Source: Eledone cirrhosa
Taxonomy: Eukaryota
Reading direction: 5' to 3'
Assembly: GCA_964016885.1 (NCBI GenBank)
Contig: OZ024740.1
Span: forward strand, 436,790,001-436,854,000
Length of the DNA: 64,000 nt
In this document: positions 13,750 to 26,700 of the stretch, piece after piece
How positions within the stretch are numbered: the stretch's first letter is position 1
Layout of the letters: every line of letters starts with the position of its first letter
The notes under the pieces: model-generated
What the model was told of the DNA's origin: nothing
The model's database searches: none
The model's input: the letters and a program-made list of their open reading frames with translations, nothing else
Program-made: the position numbers and the translations under genes

Positions 13750-16700
13750 CACTGTTAACTACATGTCAAGCTATTTCTGTGATAAGCCCTCACTGTTCAC
13801 TACATGTCAAGCTATTTCTGTGATAACCCCTCATTGTTCACTACATGTCAAGCTATTTCTGTGATTATCCCTCACTGTTCACTACATGTCAAGCTATTTC
13901 CGGTGATTACCCCTCACTGTTCACTATATGTCAAGCTATTTCTGTAATTACCCCTCACTGTTCACTACATGTCAAGCTATTTCTGTGATAACCTCTCACT
14001 GGTCACTACATGTAAAGCTATTTCTGTGATAACCTCTCACTGTTCACTACATGACAAGCTATTTCTGTGATAACCCCTCACTGTTCACTATATGTCAAGC
14101 TATTTCTGTGATAGCCCCTCACTGTTCACTACATGTCAAACTATTTCTGTTTTAACCCATCACTGTTCACTACATGTCAAGCTATTTCCGGTGATTACCC
14201 CTCACTGTTCACTATATGTGAAGCTATTTCTGTGATTACCCCTCACTGTTCACTACATTTCAAGCTATTTCTGTGATAGGTTCTCACTGTTCACTACATA
14301 TCAAGCTATTTCTGTGATAATCCCACACTGTTCACTACATGTTAAGCTGTTTCTGTGAAAACCCCTCACTGTTCACTACATGTCAAGCTATTTCTGTGAT
14401 AACCCCTCACTGTTCACTACATGTCAAGCTATTTCTGTAATAACCTCTCACTGTTCACTACATGTCAATCTATTTCTGTGATAATCCCTCACTGTTCACT
14501 ACATGTCAAGCTATTTCTGTGAAAACCCCTCACTGTTCACTACATGTCAAGCTATTTCTGTGATCACCCCTCACTGTTCACTACATGTCAAGCTATTTCT
14601 GTGCTAATCCCTCACTGTTCACTACATGTCAAGCTATTTCTGTGATAACCCCTAACTGTTCACTACATGTCAAGCTATTTCTGTGATAATCCCTCACTGT
14701 TCACTACATGTCAAGCTATTTCCGGTGATTACATCTCACTGTTCACTATACGTCAAGCTATTTCTGTGATAACCCCTCACTGTTCTCTACATGTCAAGAT
14801 ATTTATGTGATAAGCCCTCACTGTTCACTACATGTCAAGCTATTTCTGTGATAACCCCTTACTCTTCACTACATGTCAAGCTATTTCTGTGATAACCCCT
14901 CACTGTTCATTACATGTAAAGCTATTTCTGTGATAACTTCTCACTGTTCACTACATGTCAAGCTATTTCTGTGATAACCTCTCACTGTTCACTACATGTC
15001 AAGCTATTTCAGTGATAACCCCTCACTGTTCACTACATTTCAAGCTATTTCTGTGATAACCCCTCACTGTTCACTCCATGTCAAGCTATTTCTGTGATAA
15101 CCCCTCACTGTTCACTACATGTCAAGCTATTTCTGTGATAACCTTTCACTGTTCACTACATGTCAAGCTGTTTCTGTGATAACCTCTTACTGTTCGCTAC
15201 ATGTCAAGCTATTTCTGTGATAACCCCTCACTGTTCACTACATGTCAAGCTGTTTCTGTGATAACCCCTCACTGTTCACTACATGTCAAACTATTTCTGT
15301 GATAATCCCTCAATGTTCATTACACATCAAGCAATTCCTGTGATAACCTCTCACTGTTCACTAAGTGTCAAGCTCTTTCTGTGATAACCTGTCACTGTTC
15401 ACTACATGTCAAGCTATTTCTGTTATAACCTCTCACTGTTCACTATATGTCAAGCTATTTCTGTGATAATCCCTCACTGTTAACTACATGTCAAGCTATT
15501 TCTGTGATAAGCCCTCACTGTTCACTACATGTCAAGCTATTTCTGTGATAACCCCTCATTGTTCACTACATGTCAAGCTATTTCTGTGATTACCCCTCAC
15601 TGTTCACTACATGTCAAGCTATTTCCGGTGATTACCCCTCACTGTTCACTATATGTCAAGCTATTTCTGTGATTACCCCTCACTGTTCACTACATGTCAA
15701 GCTATTTCTGTGATAACCTCTCACTGGTCACTACATGTAAAGCTATTTCTGTGATAACCTCTCACTGTTCACTACATGACAAGCTATTTCTGTGATAGCC
15801 CCTCACTGTTCACTACATGTCAAACTATTTCTGTTTTAACCCATCACTGTTCACTACATGTCAAGCTATTTCCGGTGATTACCCCTCACTGTTCACTATA
15901 CGTGAAGCTATTTCTGTGATTACCCCTCACTGTTCACTACATTTCAAGCTATTTCTGTGATAGGTTCTCACTGTTCACTACATATCAAGCTATTTCTGTG
16001 ATAATCCCACACTGTTCACTACATGTTAAGCTGTTTCTGTGAAAACCCCTCACTGTTCACTACATGTCAAGCTATTTCTGTGATAACCCCTCACTGTTCA
16101 CTACATGTCAAGCTATTTCTGTGATAACCTCTCACTGTTCACTACATGTCAATCTATTTCTGTGATAATCCCTCACTGTTCACTACATGTCAAGCTATTT
16201 CTGTGAAAACCCCTCACTGTTCACTACATGTCAAGCTATTTCTGTGATCACCCCTCACTGTTCACTACATGTCAAGCTATTTCTGTGCTAATCCCTCACT
16301 GTTCACTACATGTCAAGCTATTTCTGTGATAACCCCTAACTGTTCACTACATGTCAAGCTATTTCTGTGATAATCCCTCACTGTTCACTACATGTCAAGC
16401 TATTTCCGGTGATTACATCTCACTGTTCACTATACGTCAAGCTATTTCTGTGATAACCCCTCACTGTTCTCTACATGTCAAGATATTTATGTGATAAGCC
16501 CTCACTGTTCACTACATGTCAAACTATTTCTGTGATAACCCCTTACTCTTCACTACATGTCAAGCTCTTTCTGTGATAACCCATCACTGTTCATTACATG
16601 TAAAGCTATTTCTGTGATAACTTCTCACTGTTCACTACATGTCAAGCTATTTCTGTGATAACCTCTCACTGTTCACTCCATGTCAAGCTATTTCTGTGAT

Positions 16701-17100
16701 AACCCCTCACTGTTCACTACATGTCAAGCTATTTCTGTGATAACCTTTCACTGTTCACTACATGTCAAGCTATTTCTGTGATAACCTCTTACTGTTCGCT
16801 ACATGTCAAGCTATTTCTGTGATAACCCCTCACTGTTCACTACATGTCAAGCTGTTTCTGTGATAACCCCTCACTGTTCACTACATGTCAAACTATTTCT
16901 GTGATAATCCCTCAATGTTCATTACACATCAAGCAATTCCTGTGATAACCTCTCACTGTTCACTAAGTGTCAAGCTCTTTCTGTGATAACCTGTCACTGT
17001 TCACTACATGTCAAGCTATTTCTGTGATAACCTCTCACTGTTCACTATATGTCAAGCTATTTCTGTGATAATCCCTCACTGTTCACTACATGCCAAGCTA
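13750..17100. repeat. Tandem duplication, unit ~1.6-1.7 kb (~39-41 monomers)
   Basis: CTGTTTTAACCCATC at 14147/15831 and CTGTGATAGGTTCT at 14271/15955 (+1684). TACACATC at 15321/16923 (+1602, two monomers fewer). Confidence 0.88.
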
Positions 17101-19029
17101 TTTCTGTGATTACCGCTGACTTTTAATTACATTTCACGCTATTTCTGTGATAACCCCTCACTGTTCACTACATGTCAAGCTATTTCTGTGATAACCTTTC
17201 ATTGTTCACTACATGTCAAGCTATTTCTGTGATAACCTCTCACTGTTCACTACATGTCAAGCTATTTCTGTGATAAGCCCTCACTGTTCACTACATGTCA
17301 ACCTATTTCTGTGATTACCCCTCACTGTACACTACATGTCAAGCTATTTCTGGTGATTACCCCTCACTGTTCACTATATGTCAAGCTATTTCTGTGATTA
17401 CCTTTCACTGTTCACTACATGTCAAGCTATTTCTGTGATAACCTCTAACTGGTCACTACATGTAAAGCTATTTCTGTGATAACCTCTCACTGTTCACTAC
17501 ATGTCAAGCTATTTCTGTGATAACCCCTCACTGTTCACTATATGTCAAGCTATTTCTGTGATAACCCCTCACTGTTCACTACATGTCAAACTATTTCTGT
17601 GATAACCCATCACTGTTCACAACATGTCAAGCTATTTCCGGTGATTACCCCTCACTGTTCACTGTATGTCAAGCTATTTCTGTGATTACCCCTCACTGTT
17701 CACTACATGGCAAGCTATTTCTGTGATAACCTCTCACTGTTCAATACATGTCAAGCTATGTGTGTGATAACCTCTCACTGTTCACTTCATGTCAAGCTAT
17801 TTCTGTGATAACCCCTGACAGTTCACTACATGTCAATCTAAATCTATGATAATCCCACACTGTTCATTACATATCAAGCTATTTCTGTGATAACCCCTCA
17901 CTGTTCACTACATGTCAAGCTATTTCTGTGATAACGCCTCACTGTTCACTACATGTCAAGCTATTTCTGTGATAACCTTTCACTGTTCTCTACATGTCAA
18001 GCTATTTGTGTGATAACCTCTCACTGTTCACTACATGTCAAGCTATTTCTGTAATAACTCCTCACTGTTCACTACAGGTCAAGCTATTTCTGTGATAAAC
18101 ACTCACTGTTCACTACATGTCAAGCTATTTCTGTGATAACCTTTCACTGTTCACTACATGTCAAGCTATTTCTGTGATAACCTCTCACTGTTCACTACAT
18201 GTCAAGCTATTTCTGTGATAAGCCCTCACTGTTCACTACATGTCTAGCTATTTCTGTGATAACCCCTCATTGTTCACTACATGTCAAGCTATTTCTGTGA
18301 TTACCCCTCACTGTTCACTACATGTTAAGCTATTGCCGGTGATTACCCCTCACTGTTCACTACATGTCAAGCTATTTCTGTGATAACCCCTCACTGTTCA
18401 CTACATGTCAAGCTGTTTCTGTGATAAACACTCACTGTTCACTACATGTCAAGCTATTTCTGTGACAATCCCTCACTGTTCTCTACATGTCAAGCTATTT
18501 CTGTGATAACCTTTCACTGTTCACTACATGTCAAGCTCTTTCTGTGATAACCTGTCACTGTTCACTACATGTCAAGCTATTTCTGTGATAACCTCTCACT
18601 GTTCACTATATGTCAAGCTATATCTGTGATAATCTCTCACTGTTCACTACATGCCAAGCTATTTCTGTGATTACCCCTCACTTTTAATTACATGTCACGC
18701 TATTTCTGTGATAACCCCTCACTGTTCACTACATGTCAAGCTATTTCTGTGATAACCTTTCACTGTTCACTACATGTCAAGCTATTTCTGTGATAACCTC
18801 TCACTGTTCACTACATGTCAAGCTATTTCTGTGATAAGCCCTCACTGTTCACTACATGTCAAGCTATTTCTGTGATAACCTCTCACTGTTCACTACATGT
18901 CAAGCTATTTCTGTGATTACCCCTCACTGTTCACTACATGTCAAGCTATTTCCGGTGATTACCCCTCACTGTTCACTATATGTCAAGCTATTTCTGTGAT
19001 TACCCCTAAATGTTCACTACATGTCAAGC

Positions 19030-20530
19030 TATTTCTGTGATAACCTCTCACTGGTCACTACATGTAAAGCTATTTCTGTGATAACCTCTCACTGTTCACT
19101 ACATGACAAGCTATTTCCGGTGATTACCCCTCACTGTTCACTACATATCAAGCTATTTCTGTGATAATCTCTCACTGTTCACTACATGTCAAACTATTTC
19201 CGATGATTGCCCCTCACTGTTCACTACATGTCAACCTATTTCTGTAATTACCCCTCACTGTTCACTACATGTCAAGCTATTTCTTTGATAACCCCTCACT
19301 GTTCTCTACATGTCAAGCTATTTCTGTAATAACCCCTCACTGTTCACTACATGTCAAGCTATTTCTGTAATAACCACTCACTGTTCACTACATGTCAAGC
19401 TATTTCTGTGATAACCCCTCACTGTTCACTACATGTCAAGCTATTTCTGTGATAACCCCTCACTGTTCACTACATGTCAAGCTATTTCTGTGATAACCCC
19501 TCACTGTTCACTACATGTCAAGCTATTTCTGTGATAACCTTTCACTGTTCACTACATGTCAAGCTATTTCTATGATAACCTCTCACTGTTCACTACATGT
19601 TAAGCTATTTCTGTGATAAGCCCTCACTGTTCACTACATGTCTAGCTATTTCTGTGATAACCCCTCATTGTTCACTACATGTCAAGCTCTTTCTTGATTA
19701 CCCCTCACTGTTCACTACATGTCAAGCTATTTCCGGTGATTACCCCTCACTGTTCACTATATGTCAAGCTATTTCTGTGATAACCTCTCACTGGTCACTA
19801 CATGTAAAGCTATTTCTGTGATAACCTCTCACTGTTCACTACATGACAAGATATTTCCGGTGATTACCCCTCACTTTTCACTACATATCAAGCTATTTCT
19901 GTGATAATCCCTCACTGTTCACTACATGTCAAACTATTTCCGGTGATTGCCCCTCACTGTTCACTACATGTCAACCTATTTCTGTAATTAACCCTCACTG
20001 TTCACTACATGTCAAGCTATTTCTGTGATAAACCCTCACTGTTCTCTACATGTCAAGCTATTTCTGTAATAACCCCTCACTGTTCACTACATGTCAAGCT
20101 ATTTCTGTAATAACCACTCACTGTTCACTACATGTCAAGCTATTTCTGTGATAACCCCTCACTGTTCACTACATGTCAAGCTATTTCTGTGATAACCCCT
20201 CACTGTTCACTACATGTCAAGCTATTTCTGTGATAACCCCTCACTGTTCACTACGTGTCAAGCTATTTCTGTGATAACCTTTCACTGTTCACTACATGTC
20301 AAGCTATTTCTATAAACTCTCACTGTTCACTACATGTCAAGCTATTTCTGTGATAAGCCCTCATTGTTCACTACATGTCTAGCTATTTCTGTGATAACCC
20401 CTCATTGTTCACTACATGTCAAGCTATTTCTGTGATTACCCCTCACTGTTCACTACATGTCAAGCTATTTCCGGTGATTACCCCTCACTGTTCACTATAT
20501 GTGAAGCTATTTCTGTGATAACCTCTCACT
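19030..20530. repeat. Tandem duplication, unit ~740 bp (18 monomers)
   Basis: TAACCTCTCACTGGTCACTACATGTAAAGC at 19041/19781, ACATGACAAG at 19101/19841, CCGG at 19733/20471. Confidence 0.85.
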
Positions 20531-23500
20531 GTTAACTACATATCAAGCTATTTCTGTGATAACCTCTTACTGTTCGCTACATGTCAAGCTATTTCTGTGA
20601 TAACCCCTCACTGTTCACTACATGTCAAGCTGTTTCTGTGATAACCCCTCACTGTTCACTACATGTCAAACTATTTCTGTGATAATACCTCAATTTTCAT
20701 TACATGTCAAGCAATTCCTGTGATAACCTCTCACTGTTCACTACATGTCAAGCTCTTTCTGTGATAACCTTTCACTGTTCACTACATGTCAAGCTATTTC
20801 TGTGCTAACCTCTCACTGTTCACTATATGTCAAGCTATTTCTGTGATAATCCCTCACTGTTCACTACATGTCAAGCTATTTCTGTGATAACCCCTCACTG
20901 TTCACTACATGTCAAGATATTTCTGTGATAACCTTTCACTGTTCACTACATGTCAAGCTATTTCTGTGATAACCTCTCACTGTTCATTACATGTCAACCT
21001 ATTTCTGTAATTACCCCTCACTGTTCACTACATGTCAAGCTATTTCTGTGATAACCCCTCACTGTTCTCTACATGTCAAGCTATTTCTGTGATAACCCTC
21101 ATTGTTCACTACATGTCAAGTTATTTCTGTGATTACCCCTCACTGTTCACTACATGTCAAGCTATTTCCGGTGATTACCCCTCACTGTTCACTATATGTC
21201 AAGCTATTTCTGTGATTACCCCTCACTGTTCACTACATGTCAAGCTATTTCTGTGATAACCTCTCACTGGTCACTACATGTAAAGCTATTTCTGTGATAA
21301 CCTCTCACTGTTCACTACATGACAAGCTATTTCTGTGATAACCCCTCACTGTTCAATATATGTCAAGCTATTTCTGTGATAGCCCCTCACTGTTCACTAC
21401 ATGTCAAACTATTTCTGTGATAACCCATCACTGTTCACTACATGTCAAGCTATTTCCGGTGATTACCCCTCACTGTTCACTATATGTCAAGCTATTTCTG
21501 TGATTACCCCTCACTGTTCACTACATGTCAAGCTATTTCTGTGATAAGTTCTCACTGTTCACTACATGTCAAGCTATTTCTGTGATAATCCCACACTGTT
21601 CACTACATGTCAAGCTATTTCTGTGAAAACCCCTCACTGTTCACTACATTTCAAGCTATTTCTGTGATAACCCCTCACTGTTCAATACATGTCAAGCTAT
21701 TTCTGTGCTAATCCCTCACTGTTCACTACATGTCAAGCTATTTCTGTGATAACCCCTAACTGTTCACTACATGTCAAGCTATTTCTGTGATAAGCCCTCA
21801 CTGTTCAATACATGTCTAGCTATTTCTGTGATAATCCCTGACTGTTCACTACATGTCAAGCTATTTCCGGTGATTACCCCTCACTGTTCACTATATGTCA
21901 AGCTATTTCTGTGATTACCCCTCACTGTTCACTACATGGCAAGCTATTTCTGTGATAACCTCTCACTGTTCACTACATGTCAAGCTATTTCTGTGATAAT
22001 CCCACACTGTTCACTACATGTCAAGCTATTTGTGTGATAACCCCTCACTGTTCACTACATGGCAAGCTATTTCTGTGATAACCTCTCACTGTTCACTACA
22101 TGTCAAGCTATTTCTGTGATAATCCCACACTGTTCACTACATGTCAAGCTATTTCTGTGATAACGCCTCACTGTTCACTACATGTCAAGCTATTTCTGTG
22201 ATAACCTTTCACTGTTCTCTACATGTCAAGCTATTTGTGTGATAACCTCTCACTGTTCACTACATGTCAAGCTATTTCTGTAATAACTCCTCACTGTTCA
22301 CTACAGGTCAAGCTATTTCTGTGATAAACACTCACTGTTCACTACATGTCAAGCTATTTCTGTGACAATCCCTCACTGTTCACTACATGTCAAGTTATTT
22401 CTGTGATAACCTTTCACTGTTCACTACATGTCAAGCTATTTCTGTGATAACCTCTCACTGTTCACTACATGTCAAGGTATTTCTGTGATAAGCCCTCACT
22501 GTTCACTACATGTCTAGCTATTTCTGTGATAACCCCTCATTGTTCACTACATGTCAAGCTATTTCTGTGATTACCCCTCACTGTGAACTACATGTTAAGC
22601 TATTGCCGGTGATTACCCCTCACTGTTCACTATATGTCAAGCTATTTCTCTGATAACCTCTCACTGTTAACTACATGTCAAGCTATTTCTGTGATAACCT
22701 CTTACGGTTCGCTACATGTCAAGCTATTTCTGTGATAATCCCTCAATGTTCATTACATGTCAAGCAATTCCTGTGATAACCTCTCACTGTTCACTACATG
22801 TCAAGCTCTTTCTGTGATAACCTGTCACTGTTCACTACATGTCAAGCTATTTCTGTGATAACCTCTCACTGTTCACTATATGTCAAGCTATAGCTGTGAT
22901 AATCCCTCACTGTTCACTACATGCCAAGCTATTTCTGTGATTACCCCTCACTTTTAATTACATGTCACGCTATTTCTGTGATAACCCCTCACTGTTCACT
23001 ACATGTCAAGATATTTCTGTGATAACCTTTCACTGTTCACTACATGTCAAGCTATTTCTGTGATAACCTCTCACTGTTCACTACATGTCAAGCTATTTCT
23101 GTGATAAGCCCTCACTGTTCACTACATGTCAAGCTATTTCTGTGATAACCCCTCATTGTTCACTACATGTCAAGCTATTTCTGTGATTACCCCTCACTGT
23201 TCACTACATGTCAAGCTATTTCCGGTGATTACCCCTCACTGTTCACTATATGTCAAGCTATTTCTGTGATTACCCCTCACTGTTCACTACATGTCAAGCT
23301 ATTTCTGTGATAACCTCTCACTGGTCACTACATGTAAAGCTATTTCTGTGATAACCTCTCACTGTTCACTACATGACAAGCTATTTCTGTGATAACCCCT
23401 CACTGTTCACTATATGTCAAGCTATTTCTGTTATAGCCCCTCACTGTTCACAACATGTCAAACTATTTCTGTGATAACCCATCACTGTTCACTACATGTC

Positions 23501-24059
23501 AAGCTATTTCCGGTGATTACCCCTCACTGTTCACTATATGTCAAGCTATTTCTGTGATTACCCCTCACTGTTCACTACATGTCAAGCTATTTCTGTGATA
23601 AGTTCTCACTGTTCACTACATGTCAAGCTATTTCTGTGATAATCCCACACTGTTCACTACATGTCAAGCTATTTCTGTGAAAACCCCTCACTGTTCACTA
23701 CATTTCAAGCTATTTCTGTGATAACCCCTCACTGTTCACTACACGTCAAGCTATTTCTGTGATAACCTCTCACTGTTCACTACATGTCAATCTATTTCTG
23801 TGATAATCCCTCACTGTTCACTACATGTCAAGCTATTTCTGTGAAAACCCCTTACTGTTCACTACATGTCAAGCTATTTCTGTACTAATGCCTCACTGTT
23901 CACTACATGTCAAGCTATTTCTGTGATAACCCCTAACTCTTCACTACATGTCAAGCTATTTCTGTGATAATCCCTCACTGTTCACTACATGTCAAGCTAT
24001 TTCCGGTGATTACCCCTCACTGTTCACTATATGTCAAGCTATTTCTGTGATAACCCCTC

Positions 24060-26700
24060 ACTGTTCACTACATGTCAAGCTATTTCTGTGATAACCTTTC
24101 ACTGTTCACTACATGTCAAGCTATTTCTGTGATAACCTCTCACTGTTCACTACATGTCAAGCTATTTCTGTGATAAGCACTCACTGTTCAATACATGTCT
24201 AGCTATTTCTGTGATAATCCCTGACTGTTCACTACATGTCAAACTATTTCCGGTGATTACCCCTCACTGTTCACTATATGTCAAGCTATTTCTGTGATAA
24301 CCTCTCACTGTTAACTACATGTCAAGCTATTTCTGTGATAACCTCTTACTGTTCGCTACATGTCAAGCTATTTCTGTGATAACCCCTCACTGTTCACTAC
24401 ATGTCAAGCTGTTTCTGTGATAACCCCTCACTGTTCACTACATGTCAAACTATTTCTGTGATAATCCCTCAATGTTCATTACATGTCAAGCAATTCCTGT
24501 GATAACCTCTCACTGTTCACTAAGTGTCAAGCTCTTTCTGTGATAACCTGTCACTGTTCACTACATGTCAAGCTATTTCTGTGATAACCTCTCACTGTTC
24601 ACTATATGTCAAGCTATTTCTGTGATAATCCCTCACTGTTCACTACATGCCAAGCTATTTCTGTGATTACCCCTCACTTTTAATTACATTTCACGCTATT
24701 TCTGTGATAACCCCTCACTGTTCACTACATGTCAAGCTATTTCTGTGATAACCTTTCATTGTTCACTACATGTCAAGCTATTTCTGTGATAACCTCTCAC
24801 TGTTCACTACATGTCAAGATATTGCTGTGATAAGCCCTCACTGTTCACTACATGTCAACCTATTTCTGTGATTACCCCTCACTGTTCACTACATGTCAAG
24901 CTATTTCTGGTGATTACCCCTCACTGTTCACTATATGTCAAGCTATTTCTGTGATTACCTTTCACTGTTCACTACATGTCAAGCTATTTCTGTGATAACC
25001 TCTCACTGGTCACTACATGTAAAGCTATTTCTGTGATAACCTCTCACTGTTCGCTACATGTCAAGCTATTTCTGTGATAACCCCTCACTGTTCACTATAT
25101 GTCAAGCTATTTCTGTGATAACCCCTCACTGTTCACTACATGTCAAACTATTTCTGTGATAACCCATCACTGCTCACTACATGTCAAGCTATTTCCGGTG
25201 ATTACCCCTCACTGTTCACTATATGTCAAGCTATTTCTGTGATTACCCCTCACTGTTCACTACATGTCAAACTATTTCTGTGATAACCTTTCACTGTTCT
25301 CTACATGTCAAGCTATTTGTGTGATAACCTCTCACTGTTCACTACATGTCAAGCTATTTCTGTAATAACTCCTCACTGTTCACTACAGGTCAAGCTATTT
25401 CTGTGATAAACCCTCACTGTTCACTACATGTCAAGCTATTTCTGTGATAATCCCTCACTGTTCACTACATGTCAAGCTATTTCTGTGATAACCTTTCACT
25501 GTTCACTACATGTCAAGCTATTTCTGTGATAACCTCTCACTGTTCACTACATGTCAAGCTATTTCTGTGATAAGCCCTCACTGTTCACTACATGTCTAGC
25601 TATTTCTGTGATAACCCCTCATTGTTCACTACATGTCAAGCTATTTCTGTGATTACCCCTCACTGTTCACTACATGTCAAGCTATTTCCGGTGATTACCC
25701 CTCACTGTTCACTATATGTCAAGCTATTTCTGTGATAACCTCTCACTGTTAACTACATGTCAAGCTATTTCTGTGATAACCTCTTACTGTTCGCTACATG
25801 TCAAGCTATTTCTGTGATAACCCCTCACTGTTCACTACATGTCAAGCTGTTTCTGTGATAACCCCTCACTGTTCACTACATGTCAAACTATTTCTGTGAT
25901 AATCCCTCAATGTTCATTACATGTCAAGCAATTCCTGTGATAACCTCTCACTGTTCACTAAGTGTCAAGCTCTTTCTGTGATAACCTGTCACTGTTCACT
26001 ACATGTCAAGCTATTTCTGTGATAACCTCTCACTGTTCACTATATGTCAAGCTATTTCTGTGATAATCCCTCACTGTTCACTACATGCCAAGCTATTTCT
26101 GTGATTACCCCTCACTTTTAATTACATTTCACGCTATTTCTGTGATAACCCCTCACTGTTCACTACATGCCAAGCTATTTCTGTGATAACCTTTCATTGT
26201 TCACTACATGTCAAGCTATTTCTGTGATAACCTCTCACTGTTCACTACATGTCAAGCTATTTCTGTGATAAGCCCTCACTGTTCACTACATGTCAACCTA
26301 TTTCTGTGATTACCCCTCACTGTTCACTACATGTCAAGCTATTTCTGGTGATTACCCCTCACTGTTCACTATATGTCAAGCTATTTCTGTGATTACCTTT
26401 CACTGTTCACTACATGTCAAGCTATTTCTGTGATAATCTCTCACTGGTCACTACATGTAAAGCTATTTCTGTGATAACCTCTCACTGTTCACTACATGTC
26501 AAGCTATTTCTGTGATAACCCCTCACTGTTCACTATATGTCAAGCTATTTCTGTGATAACCCCTCACTGTTCACTACATGTCACACTATTTCTGTGATAA
26601 CCCATCACTGTTCACTACATGTCAAGCTATTTCCGGTGATTACCCCTCACTGTTCACTATATGTCAAGCTATTTCTGTGATTACCCCTCACTGTTCACTA
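24060..26700. repeat. Duplication at 1,438-bp (35-monomer) spacing
   Basis: TAAGTGTCAAGCTCTTT at 24521/25959, GCAATTCCTG at 24490/25928. The TTTTAATTACATTTCACG and CTGGTG monomers follow in the same order in both copies. Confidence 0.82.
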
